From: Anolis carolinensis
Taxonomy: Eukaryota
DNA length: 64,000 nt
NCBI RefSeq assembly: GCF_035594765.1
Contig: NC_085841.1
Location: 259,624,525-259,688,524 of the forward strand
Reading direction: 5' to 3'
A program made the position numbers and the translations under genes. Positions within the stretch are counted from its first letter, which is position 1. Every line of letters begins with the position of its first letter. The notes under the pieces are model-generated. The model was given only the letters and a program-made list of their open reading frames with translations. It searched no databases and was not told where the DNA came from. This document shows, one piece after another, positions 1 through 10,343 of the stretch.

Positions 1-977
1 ATATAGGATGTGTCTACCAACTGACATTTACCATGAAATCAAAGTAGGCTCCCTGTATATTATATCACTGAGGGACAGTTCTGGAGAAACAGTTTTGGGT
101 AAGGCATTTGTTCTTGACAGCTTTCTGGAACCATGTTTGGGTTAAATGAGTGTTCGGTGTGATCCAGAGTATTTTTAATGTTTAAATGTATGAGTCTCCA
201 AATCTGGTCTTAACAATGCTTACTTAGAAGAAAATCTGGATTTACTGAAATTTAATATGAGAATTTAGATAAGGTACTTTTCGATGATAACTCCCAGAAA
301 CTTCATAACCATGACCTCTAGCTCTGTTTAAGGTATTCTAAAGACTACAACCTTAGCTAATATAAGAATATATAAACATGTAATATTTGTCATGGGTTAG
401 AAAATTAGACATTTTATTTTATATATTGTGTTTGAAATTTGTTCTATTGGTAAAGTGGTTTTTTCTTTTTCAAAATGTTCAAAACAATTTTTAAAGGGTT
501 AGAAAGTAGCTCATTCATGCATTACGGCTTTGGGGGTTATACATGCATGTGTTCACTTCTTAATGACCAAATCTGAATGCATTGCAAGAATTGTTACATT
601 GTGTTTTCATCTCATACACCTGACTCCAGGACATATGAAAAGAGTACAATTCATTAAGTCTGTTTCTCCTACAGACCAAATCTGTTAAATTCAATCTGCA
701 CAGATATTCTCCTTTGCTTCTAGCAATGATTCTCTAACATTTTCAATCAAACCTGCATATTCTTTGTGACTTCAGTCTTGGTTGTCATTGCAGCCTTCTG
801 TGTCAAACCGACTTGAGGGAGAAAGGACAAACTTTTTTTCTAAACTGGTTGGGGAAAAGAGAGTTAATTCTTCCTTTCAAATTTGTGCCGCCTCCTTTTA
901 AGAGCTCTGAAACAATACAGCATGCATCTTAGATAAATAATTCCTAATGCTAGTAATATTGTGTTGTCTTCTCCTAG

Positions 978-1183
978 GAAATCAACTGACCCAAGCTGTC
1001 ATGCACCAATATTACAATCCATCTAATGTCAGGAGGTTATTTGGTGTTGTGAAAAGTCCAAACCTGGAAGAAATCTTCTATAAGAGCAAACCACGCTATT
1101 TTAAACGCACCAGTTCTGCAGTTTGGAACTCTCCACCATTCCCAGGCGGCAAATCTGTATCATCTAATTTCAAGAGATGGTGA
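978..1183 (+). CDS. INCENP: INCENP copy A, terminal coding exon (IN-box C-terminal half)
   Basis: Acceptor ctcctag|G at 977/978; encodes [15 protein letters not shown]...[19 protein letters not shown]...RW*, the Aurora-binding IN-box with the TSS motif; identical to 35751-35956. Confidence 0.95.
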
Positions 1184-1242
1184 TATATTTCAGAGCTGTT
1201 TGATATTTTAAACATGTACAACTGGTTTCACCTTATAATGTT

Positions 1243-1248
1243 AATAAA
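1243..1248 (+). terminator. Candidate polyadenylation signal of INCENP copy A (copy B: 36016-36021)
   Basis: AATAAA 60 nt after the stop codon, followed by T/GT-rich sequence. Confidence 0.6.
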
Positions 1249-2428
1249 ATTTTTTCTATTTGAAACTCTTAAGGTTTTCTATGATGTTTTGTCTTTATTT
1301 GTGAGAGGAAGAGAACAAGAGCCTTGTGTCCAGTTTAATTTTCAGGGATGAGTAACTAAAAATAGTATTACGACCCAAATTCAGTTCATTCAGCCCTCAT
1401 GGTATACAAGAGTATCTGATTAGTAGAGATAAATTAGGTTCAAATCTTCAGTCATGGTGTCTTATGGAACAGCTTTGGAGCAGTTGCATCTCCAAATGTA
1501 ATCCTTCGCACAGTTTGATAGATCAAAAACTAGGGCAAATATCCAATTCTATCATTTTAACAGAAAGACAGCAAAGTAGTTAGTTTAACTGAGAAAAATA
1601 CATACCCATTTCCCCACATTGCTCTTCTATAGCCATGTTTGTATTCTAAAATTGCACCGCTTCAGTTTTCTAATCTGGCTTCGTTTATCAGCTTCTAGGT
1701 TTGTCTTTAGATCCTCATTGTTGCTTGGGTCTAGTTCTTACAAAGACTTACTCTTTTTGAGAACTTCAAAAAGATCTTCACAACATGCTTTGGTTAGTTC
1801 ACATGAATTGAGCCTAAGATAAAAATAAGAACATGTTATTGCACGTCAATGAAAAAGCAAAATCTGCATAAAAATCTGCTGAAGATAACCCCCCAGAAAC
1901 CTTAATATCCTTCATAGGTTTCTTTGCAGCTCTGATCTTAAGAAAGCTTTTGTCACAATAAGTGTACTGTTTTTAGGGTACCACAATACACTTTGATTTT
2001 ACTTTTAGAAAAGGACCTTTGGAATCAAAGGTTTTCTATTTTCTAAACCTTGTGTTAATGAATTTTAAAGAATAGAATAATGATACAAAGATGCTGATAA
2101 ATTGGTGTAAGGTCCCCTATATGTTAGAGTCTGGTATATGGAAAAAGAAAAAAAGGAAGTTCTTCCAAGTATTTTGGAAGAATCTTGACTTCATTATTTT
2201 GTGATGTTAAAATTTTCATTGGCTGATTTTGGCCAGAAATTGACCAATGGGTCAATTTTAACTAATTCATTCTTGTGCCTATCTGTTTGAGCCTTCTGTT
2301 TTAAGGTCTAAATCATGCTGATTTAGGCATCCTTTCCAGCATTATATTTATGAACATGTTTTCCTAATATGTGTATCTTGGGGTACTGAAGAAGAACTAC
2401 TGTTCTAGTTTGCCTTTTGATACAGATA

Positions 2429-2524
2429 CAGGCAGTCCCCAAGTTACAAACATCTGACTTACAAATTACTCATAGTTAAGAACAGGGATGAGACAACAGG
2501 AAGTTGTAACTAGGAAACCACCTC
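2429..2524. mobile_element. Short Tc1/mariner(Tigger)-type MITE relic (unit 2: 37202-37297)
   Basis: TA|caggcagtccccaagttac left end; degenerate inverted end gtaactaggaaaccacct. Confidence 0.45.
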
Positions 2525-4125
2525 TTGAATATTTTTCACCTAAACTATGGAACTCATGGGAGTGTCATAGGTTTACGGGCAATTTAAAGGTACACAATGT
2601 TTTTCGATCTTAGGCCTTAGATTGGATCTTGAGACAATGCTGAAAAAGCTGTTATTATTTTTACGTAAAAAGACCCGATATGATCATGGCAGCTTATTCA
2701 ATTCCAATAGGATATAATTCTTCATGAAATTTCTTTTCAACAAAGCAAGAAATAATTTTCTTCCCCTATTCAGATCTTAAAGACTATTCATAATTTGGGA
2801 CTTATGCAGTGCAAAATTCCCATTGGATTTTCTGCATGGAAACAAATATTTTGACATAGAAATATGAATTATTCTGCAGAAAATGCTGTTTTTTTTAATA
2901 AAATTGAATATTTCAGAATAAAAATATAGCATCTCAACTGTGTGTAAATGTTACACAGAGCTAATTCCCAAACACATCTTTGTGAAGCTCTGCTTGTTTT
3001 GCCCTGGGATTTTTGGATCCATATTCTTCTCTCATTCCCTGAATTAGAGTAGGAAAAGATGTGAGAAGCAAGTCAGCTATACACTGGATGTATATCAAAG
3101 CTGCAGTGACTTCAAGATACATTGCTTACTGGTCACTTTTGATAATAAACCTTAAGAAGGAAGCAAAGGACTCAAACCTTACATTGACCCAGGACTGGGT
3201 AGTCCATAGACAGAGGAAATGGGCTCCTCCCCAAGCTACCCTCCTCTAGAGGAGCTAGAAAGTTACAATGCAACTGTTCTGGAAAATAACCCAGCGAAAT
3301 TGCAGGTTCTGCAATGTGCCTGAGACAGATTTCACCCACTTTACTGACAGAGGTAAAGGACAAAATCCTGACATATTCAGGGAGACTAGTACCTTCTGCT
3401 GCACCTCATATCAGAATAGATATGTAGGCATTGTAGTAGAACTATTTGGTTATATATACTTCTCTCCTTTAATACTTAGCCACTACTCTATTCACCCTCC
3501 TAGAGGATAAAAAGGTAAGCATTTTCCCAAGGGGAGCCATACAAAGTGAATAGAAATAACTGTCCTCTCCTGTCCAACATAGGATAGCTTTTTCTCATAT
3601 GATGCTAATAAAAAGGAACCAGGTTCTTACAGTAAATATATCAACAACTTTTGAGGTCATGCAGCGGGAAGGCTGGTGCTGCCTATGAACCATCAGCTGA
3701 GCACCTGCAGTTTGCAGTCAAGATGTATCAGTATTTCACAGAGCTTTGTCAGTCCATCTATATTGTTAAAGTCTCAAGTAGAGCTCTCTCAGGTTCTGGT
3801 TTTAGAATGACAGCAGCTAATTTCATGCATGACTTGGATTGGAGGTTACAGCAGCGCAACCTGAAAGTGCAAGACAAGTTGAAATAAATATGAATAAATT
3901 TTAGGATATTACATTGGATTTGAAAAAGAAACCCTACTTTTAAATATGTTCTGCAACAAATTTAATACATTCCAATGAATTATTTTGGCTTCCTCACTGG
4001 CAAGCAGCTTTCTCATCATGATCATATGCATGAACTTCCTTGTTAGTATGGATTGCTCTGTGGCAGAACATATGCTTGCTTGCAGAAGGTCACAGATTCA
4101 ATCCTTGACATGTCTAGTTAACATA

Positions 4126-4395
4126 GGAGCCTCCAGTGGCGCAGTGGATTAAACCCTTGTGCCAGGTTGCTAATCTGAAGGTTGCCGGTTCGAATTCAAC
4201 CCGGGAAGAGCATGGATGAGCCCCCTTTATCAGCTCCAGCTCCATACGAGAACATGACAGAAGCCTCCCACAAGGATGGTAAAAATATCAAAACATCCAG
4301 GCATCCCTTGGGCAAAGTCCTTGCAGAAGGCCAATTCTCTCACACCAGATCCGACTTGAAATTTCTCAAGTCACTCTTGACTCGAAAAAAAAAAT
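4126..4395 (+). mobile_element. tRNA-derived SINE, Anolis SINE2-like (unit 2: 38899-39168)
   Basis: ggagcctccagtggcgcagtgg head with A box, ggttcgaattc B box, gaagcctcccacaaggatggtaaaa body, A-rich tail. Confidence 0.75.
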
Positions 4396-4832
4396 CTAGT
4401 TAACATTAGGTATCTGATGACATATTTTTCTGAGGTTCTGGAAAGGGGATGCTTCTGGCAGGCAGACCCAATTTCATACCATTCACTGCTGGTTTTGTTT
4501 TGGTTACACCATCATGCAGTGTTCTCTGACCATGGAGCATACTCTCACCCCACTTTTTGATGCCTATAAACTATGTTGGCAATCAAAGGGAATGATATGG
4601 TGATAGACCAAATATTTTTGACATGGAATAAGGCAGCTTCCAGTGGTTCTAATATTCTAAAGATTATTGGGAAATGTTCTTTTAAAGGTCACAAATGTTA
4701 AACTGTTGCCATTTCTTTCTTAGAGTGCGATCTGTGCTTGTCTGCCATTTGACTAAACATGTACGGGAATGTGCTATAATAGTCTTCACCTGCGCACTTT
4801 AAGCACCCATTATTTTTGGGCTTCCTTTAAGA

Positions 4833-4967
4833 CAGTGGTTCTCAACCTAGGGTCCCCAGATATTTTTGGCCTACAACTCCCAGAAATCCTAGCCAGTTTA
4901 CTAGCCGTTAGGATTTCTGGGAGTTGAAGGCCAAAAACATATGGGGACCCCAGGTTGAGAACCACCG
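4833..4967. mobile_element. Palindromic hAT MITE with SPIN/Charlie-like ends (unit 2: 39606-39740)
   Basis: TIRs cagtggttctcaacct / aggttgagaaccaccg; internal fold-back; TA-centred 8-bp flanks ctttaaga / tcttagga. Confidence 0.85.
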
Positions 4968-5624
4968 TCTTAGGAGATGACGTTCTGACCCGATTATTAT
5001 TTTGTGAAATGACATGAGATCATCCTGAATAGCAGACAATATTCTAATTTGGGCAACTGTGGAAGATTTCTGAGTAAGGATATGAAAAAAAAATCAAGTA
5101 TTAAGTATCAAAAATCAAGTATCAAGTATTATCTTTTCGGAAGGCTATGAGAGTCTATGTAAAAAAATACTGTCTGGCTTTTTTTTTTTTTTGCACAGAA
5201 AACAATGTGTTGTATAGAGAAAACCTTTAAAATACATACGCACAATCGTTTTTGTGCCAAACATTTTTGCTTTAAAAATTTCCTTTAAATTTTGCATTAA
5301 AATTCCTTTCCAAAGCACTATTATTGAGAGGCAACAAACAAAAACAGATATTTTGTGACTTAATTGTTTCAGAGAGCTGTTTTGACATGTCAAACCATCA
5401 CTTCTCATTGAGGACTTAAAGAAATGTCAATATTTAGCCTTCGTGGTCATGGCCTCTCCAATGACTGTCAGAAATGCTGATTTGTGGCTTAGAGATAGCA
5501 ATGCAAGCTGAGAGCACTTTGCAGTAACTACATCATTTTGTGGCACATTAAGACTAACCTCTTATTTTCCATACGCTTTTTGCGACTGTAGACTTCTTAA
5601 TCAGTTATTCCTGAAAAGTGTTAA

Positions 5625-5750
5625 TTGTACATTGATGTGTTTATGGGCATTGAATGTTTGCCCTATGTGTGTATAATGTGATCCGCCCTGAGTCCCCTTC
5701 GGGGTGAGAAGGGCGGAATATAAATACTGTAAATAAATAAATAATAAATA
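5625..5750 (+). mobile_element. L2-type LINE 3' tail fragment
   Basis: ccgccctgagtccccttcggggtgagaagggcgg stem-loop followed by (aaat)n. Confidence 0.7.
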
Positions 5751-6176
5751 CATCAGCCTAAGATGCTGGCTGTCATTTGTGCAGGAAGATAAACCCGATG
5801 ATAAAGGTAACATGTGCTTCCTTTAAGACTAAGAGGGAAAACTGGAGAAACACTCACCGAAGTATCTGTAGGCTGCAATTGGGATGCCTGAGTGCTTGCA
5901 GAATTTACTTACTATTACTTCTCATAGATCACTATGTTGTAAATTGAATTCTCTAAAGTAAGACACTCAAAGAAGACAACATCTCTGAAGTTACACCTCT
6001 TCAGCCTGAGGAAAACAAATATAGATTGCCAGCCAGACTAATCTTATTGCTTGAAAGCAAAATCATCAGATATTTAGTTTACTCTCTTTGAATGATGCGA
6101 TAAAGGCTTATTAATAAGATGTGTCAGGGGACAGTTTGGGCAAAGAAGAGGACTTAGTCCAAATACGTAACAAAGT

Positions 6177-6313
6177 TGTGTTGTCGAAGGCTTTAATGGC
6201 CACAATCACTGGGTTGCTATGATTTTTTCCAGGCTGTATGGCCATGTTCCAGAAGCATTCTCTCCTGACATTTCACCCACATCTATGGCAGGCATCCTCA
6301 GAAGTTGTGAGGT
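6177..6313 (-). mobile_element. Penelope-like element fragment
   Basis: gtcgaaggcttt...gcattctctcctgac...atctatggcaggcatcctcaga motif shared with 8100-8412; family assignment by recognition. Confidence 0.6.
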
Positions 6314-6455
6314 ATCATACCAAAGTTATCTTTATTGCACTTCGGATCTTTTGGTCCTTCAAAGAGGAAAGGTGAGTTTTCATCCACCTTTCCATTAAAG
6401 TATAAGCTAAACAAACAAAATTGTAAGTTGAGTATGAGAAATTGTTGGATTGTAT

Positions 6456-6783
6456 AGGTAAAGGTAAAGGTTTTCCCCTAACATTAAGTCTAGTCATGTT
6501 TGACTCTGGGGGTTGGTGCTCATCTCCATTTCTAAGCCGAAGAGCTGGCGTTGTACCTAGACACTTCCAAGGTCATGTGGCTGGCATGACTGCATGGAGC
6601 GCAGTTACCTTCCTGCCTGAGTAGTACCTATTGATCTACTCACATTTGCATGTTTTCGAACTGCTAGGTTAGCCGAAGCTGGGGCTAACAATGGGAGCTT
6701 ACCCCATTCCCTGGATTTGAACCACCAACCTTTCGGTCAGCAAGTTCAGCAGCTCAGCGGTTTAACCTGCTGCGCCTCTGGGT
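6456..6783 (-). mobile_element. Sauria SINE (unit 2: 41229-41556)
   Basis: (aggtaa)n tail on +, i.e. acctttacct on -; reverse-complement match to 11890-12214. Confidence 0.85.
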
Positions 6784-7577
6784 CAATGATAGGGAGCAGT
6801 ATTTAGAAATTTAAGTCACATGGGACCAAAATGCTATAAAATATGTAAAGTGAAAGGCCCAAAGAGTCTTTAGATGTCTCCATTAATTTGGGAGCCAGTT
6901 CAGATAGGTGGATTGATGAATGGATGGATAGATAGATCTTGTCCATTAGCCTTCTTTAAATGATGGAGAAGTGGATTGAGTTTACATAACAGTTCATGGA
7001 ATCATTTCCTTCTGCTTCCTGATTCCAGGACTGACACTGTTGCGTAAGACCATTGCTTATTTCAATAGATCTTTATGTCAATATTTGTTGAATAAGAACA
7101 GTAAACATTAAACATTTTGAAGGGAAGCCAAAATCTAATGGTCAAAGGTCAAACCTTTTGCTGTCAAAAAAGTTTAATTAAAACATTTTTCTAACTTTGG
7201 GAATAACTGTTCCCAAATGCCAATTAGTTATTTCTTTCATGTCATTTGTACTCTGTTGATCACATTCTACCCAGGGCAAATTCTACTAATGCTATTGAAA
7301 TGTATTAATTTATAATAAGCCCCAATCTGGTGATTCCACTTACAGTGCTTTGCGGTGAAGAAGCAACCAATGAGCACCTTTCTACCATTAATGACAAAGT
7401 GCTTTCAAATTAGAGACGGTCGTTTCTTCAGTTTGGGGAGGTTGCATTGGACTCCCACAGTCCTTCTGAGGTCACACTCCATTTCACTGCTACCTAAATT
7501 TTGTAGCAACTGCAATAGCTCTATGATGTTGGAGGGTGAACAAGCGTACTCTAGTTCTAGAGAAGTCTTTAGTTCCA

Positions 7578-7712
7578 CAGTGGTTCTCAACCTATGGGTC
7601 CCCAGATATTTTGGCCTTCAACTCCCAGAAATCCTAACAGCTGGTAAACTGGCTGGGATTTCTGGGAGTTGTAGGCCAAAACACCTGAGGACCCACAGGT
7701 TGAGAACCACTG
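7578..7712. mobile_element. Palindromic hAT MITE, same family as 4833 (unit 2: 42351-42485)
   Basis: TIRs cagtggttctcaacct / aggttgagaaccactg. Confidence 0.85.
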
Positions 7713-7839
7713 CTTTAGGAAGAGTCTCATAGGATTTTAGATGAAACAGAGACCTTATTAGCAGGTTGATTTTTCAGTGCTAGGAAAGGAAGGTGGGTGC
7801 AATAAGGAGAGGGCTCAGTATTGGCTGGATTAGAAGAGG

Positions 7840-8056
7840 ACATCCGATGCATTTGAATGCAGTTTGATATCACTTGGACTGCCATGGCTCAACGCAATGG
7901 AATCACTGGAGTTGTAGTTCGTTGAGGCACTAGCACTGTTTCACAGAGAAGACTACAGGCCTTGTGAAAATATAATTCCGGGATTTTATAGCACTGAGCC
8001 AAGGCAGTTCAAGTGGTGTCAAACTGCATTCATTCTTCAGTGTGTAGGTGCACCCT
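7840..8056. mobile_element. Old fold-back MITE (PIF/Harbinger-like)
   Basis: Inverted arms gaatgcagtttgata...ggctca / tgagcc...tcaaactgcattc; ends in gtaggtgcaccc. Confidence 0.55.
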
Positions 8057-8099
8057 AACATAAAGAAACAAATTCGCTTCTTCAAGTGCAGCATTGATC

Positions 8100-8412
8100 A
8101 GTTGGTAAGTGGCTGTGACTTTTCCGGGCTGTATGGCCATGTTCCGGAAGCATTCTCTCCTGATGTATCGCCTGCATCTATGGCAGGCATCCTCAAAGGT
8201 TGTAAGGTATGTTGAAAACTAGACAAGTGGGGTTTACTGTATATATTTGTGGAAGGTCCAGTGTTCTTGTCTGTTTGAGGCAAGTGTGAATTGTGCAATT
8301 CACAGCATTGAATAGCCTTGCAGTTCAAGGTCTGTCTGTTTACTGCCCGGGGGAATCCTTTGTTGGGAGGTGTTAGCTGGCCCTGATTGTTTCTTACCTG
8401 CAATTCCCCTGT
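8100..8412 (-). mobile_element. Penelope-like element fragment (unit 2: 42873-43185)
   Basis: Same core as 6177-6313, extended through ctggccctgattgtttcttacctgcaattcccctg. Confidence 0.6.
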
Positions 8413-8417
8413 TTAAC

Positions 8418-8484
8418 TAGTAGAGTCTCACTTATCCAACCTTCGCTTATCCAACGTTCTGTATTATCCAACGCAGTTTGCCTT
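8418..8484. mobile_element. One end of a mariner-type MITE (body missing)
   Basis: agtagagtctcacttatccaac with repeated ttatccaac; matches the reverse complement of the terminus of the element at 20106-20714. Confidence 0.7.
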
Positions 8485-9890
8485 TATTATTTATTTATTT
8501 ATTTATTACATGCATTTATACCCCGCCCTTCTCCCCAAGGGGACTCAGAGCAGCTTACATTCTGCCACGAGGGCCAGCAACAAATATACTATAAAACAAA
8601 ACAATTAAAACATGATAAAAACATGATAAAAATGTGATAAAAAGTATATAAAAATTAAAACGCTGCAAGGCAGTGATATTACACCATCCTCAGTCATTCA
8701 CTACTGCTACAATTACAGATTTGCGACCCAATTACATCAGCCAGTGAGCTTATTCGCTGAATGCCTGGGCGCAGAGCCAAGTTTTTAGTTTTCTTCTAAA
8801 TCCCAGGAGGAAAGGGGTTTGCCGGATATCGCTGGGGAGGGAGTTCCACAGCCAGGGAGCCACCACCGAGAAGGCCCTGTCCCTCGTCCCCACCAGCCGC
8901 GCCTGCGAGGCAGGTGGGATCGAGAGCAGGGCCTCCCCGGAAGATCTTAAGGTTCTAACAGGCTCATAGGAGGAGATACGTTCGGATAGATAGGCAGGAC
9001 CAGAACCGTTTAGGGCAGGGGTCCTCAAACTTTTTAAGCCGAGGGCCGGTCCACAATCCTTCGGACTGTTGAGGGGCCGGATTATCATTTGAAAAAAAAC
9101 AACAAATAAATTCTGATGCACACTACACATGTCTTATTTGTAGTGCAAAAACAACAACAATGAAAGAACAATACAATATTTAAAAATAAAAATAATTTTA
9201 ACCAACATACATTTATCAGGATTTCAATGTTCCCATGTGCTCCTGCTTCTGGCCAATGAGATAGTCAAGTTAATTAGGGTTGTTGTTGTTGTTGTTGTGT
9301 GCCTTCAAGTCATTTCAGACTTTGGGTGAGCCTAAGTCTAAAATGTATTTATTTATTATTTATTTATTTACTGCATTTATTTACTACATTTGTATCATAC
9401 CCTTCTCACCCCAAAGGGGACTCAGAGTGGCTTACAAATTATATGTACATACAATATATTATATTATTAGCATAGCACAATATTAGCATTATATATTACT
9501 TTATTGAACTATACCACTATACTGTAATATTATTAGTAATATTATATGTAACATAGAATATATAACTAATATTATTATATGGTATTATTATTAGTGTTAT
9601 ATTGTATTACATTATAATATTATTATCAATATTATATGTATATCCAATATATTATATTATAAAACTGAGGGCGGGGGTCAGGTAAATGACCTCGGAGGGC
9701 CGCATCCGGCCCCCGGGCCTTAGTTTGGGGACCCCTGGTTTAGGGCTTTGTAGGTCAAAACCAGCACTTTGAATTGGGCTCGGTAGCATATCGGCAGCCA
9801 GTGGAGCTGGCTTAGCAGGGGGTTTGTATGCTCCCTGTAAGCCGCTCCCATTATTAACCTGGCTGCTGCCCGCTGCACCAGCTGGAGCTT
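8485..9890 (-). mobile_element. 5'-truncated L2-clade LINE interrupted by a hAT element (unit 2: 43258-44663)
   Basis: ORF2 C-terminus ALNGSGPAYLSE...RAFSVVAP(W/R)LWNSLP...RKLKTWLCAQAFSE* at 9015-8750; stem-loop and (aaat)n tail at 8485-8560; resumes at 9738. Confidence 0.9.
9016..9737. mobile_element. Non-autonomous Charlie-type hAT element, 722 bp (unit 2: 43789-44510)
   Basis: TIRs caggggtcctcaaact / agtttggggacccctg; perfect 8-bp TSD gtttaggg at 9008-9015 and 9738-9745. Confidence 0.95.
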
Positions 9891-9987
9891 TTAGGGATCT
9901 TTCTGGCTGGGCATTTTGAAGGCCCCTCCCCTAAACTACAAGCTCGGGGATTTCAGGAGGGATGCACACTTGCTTTTAACTCTAGTG

Positions 9988-10077
9988 CAGGCATGGGCCC
10001 TCCAGGTGTTTTGGACTTCAACTCCCACGGGAGTTGAAATCCAAAACACCTGGAGGGCCGGAGTTTACTCATTCCTG
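9988..10077. mobile_element. Short hAT MITE (caggcatggg family) abutting the promoter
   Basis: Internal palindrome ccctccaggtgttttgga / tccaaaacacctggaggg; near-TSD ctctagtg / ctccagtg. Confidence 0.8.
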
Positions 10078-10139
10078 CTCCAGTGTAACCCCGAGACTTC
10101 CCTTCCTTCCGTTGCGCCTAAGCCCAGCCCCTTCCTGGG

Positions 10140-10343
10140 CTTTACTTCGGTAGCTGCGTCTCAGCCAATAGCCGGCCCCGTCGTGGAGGCGCGCGCTGCT
10201 CATTGGACCGCGGGGAGTGACGTTGTTTGAAAAAAATATTTCAACGGCGACAAGCCTGGGCTGCGGGCGTTTAGAGCGCGGGTCGCTGTTAACAGTTGGC
10301 TGCGGAAATTTCGCCTCTGTAGGCTTGGATCCGCAAAGCAGCA
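10140..10343 (+). promoter_or_regulatory. INCENP copy B CpG-rich G2/M-type promoter and 5' leader
   Basis: CpG cluster; CCAAT 10165-10169; inverted CCAAT 10202-10206; TGACGT 10218-10223; CHR TTTGAA 10226-10231; MYB-type CAACGG 10242-10247; no TATA box. Confidence 0.8.

Larger units (their letters stand above)
1627..6406 (-). pseudogene. NLRP-like (RI-type LRR) pseudogene remnant, 3' LRR exons only; unit 1
   Basis: Minus-strand exon relics: 6406-6321 (LYFNGKVDENSPFLFEGPKDPKC.., ag/gt intact); 6005-5858 (LKRCNF...LQALRHPNCSLQILR|gtgagt, frameshifted, internal stop); 3860-3697 (LRCCNLQSKSCMKLAAVILK/NQNLRELYLR/FNNIDGLTKLCEILIHLDCKLQVL, 2 frameshifts, donor lost); 1813-1627 (LNSCELTKACCEDLFEVLKKSKSL*ELDPSNN...WL*, in-frame TAA at 1740-1738). 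All four start in the same intron phase, as NLRP LRR exons do. Confidence 0.8.

Noticed and set aside
3183-3278. Minus-strand segment bounded by ttttccag and gtaagg
   Set aside because: No LRR or other recognisable coding pattern; could be chance splice-like motifs
4126-4205. tRNA gene
   Set aside because: The A/B boxes belong to a tRNA-derived SINE head followed by SINE body and tail
7344-7577. Possible further minus-strand exon of the NLRP-like relic (gtaagt donor at 7343)
   Set aside because: Translations give no convincing LRR or NACHT pattern; left unassigned
8750-9130. 126-aa ORF as a novel protein
   Set aside because: Chance fusion of hAT terminal sequence with the L2 ORF2 C-terminus
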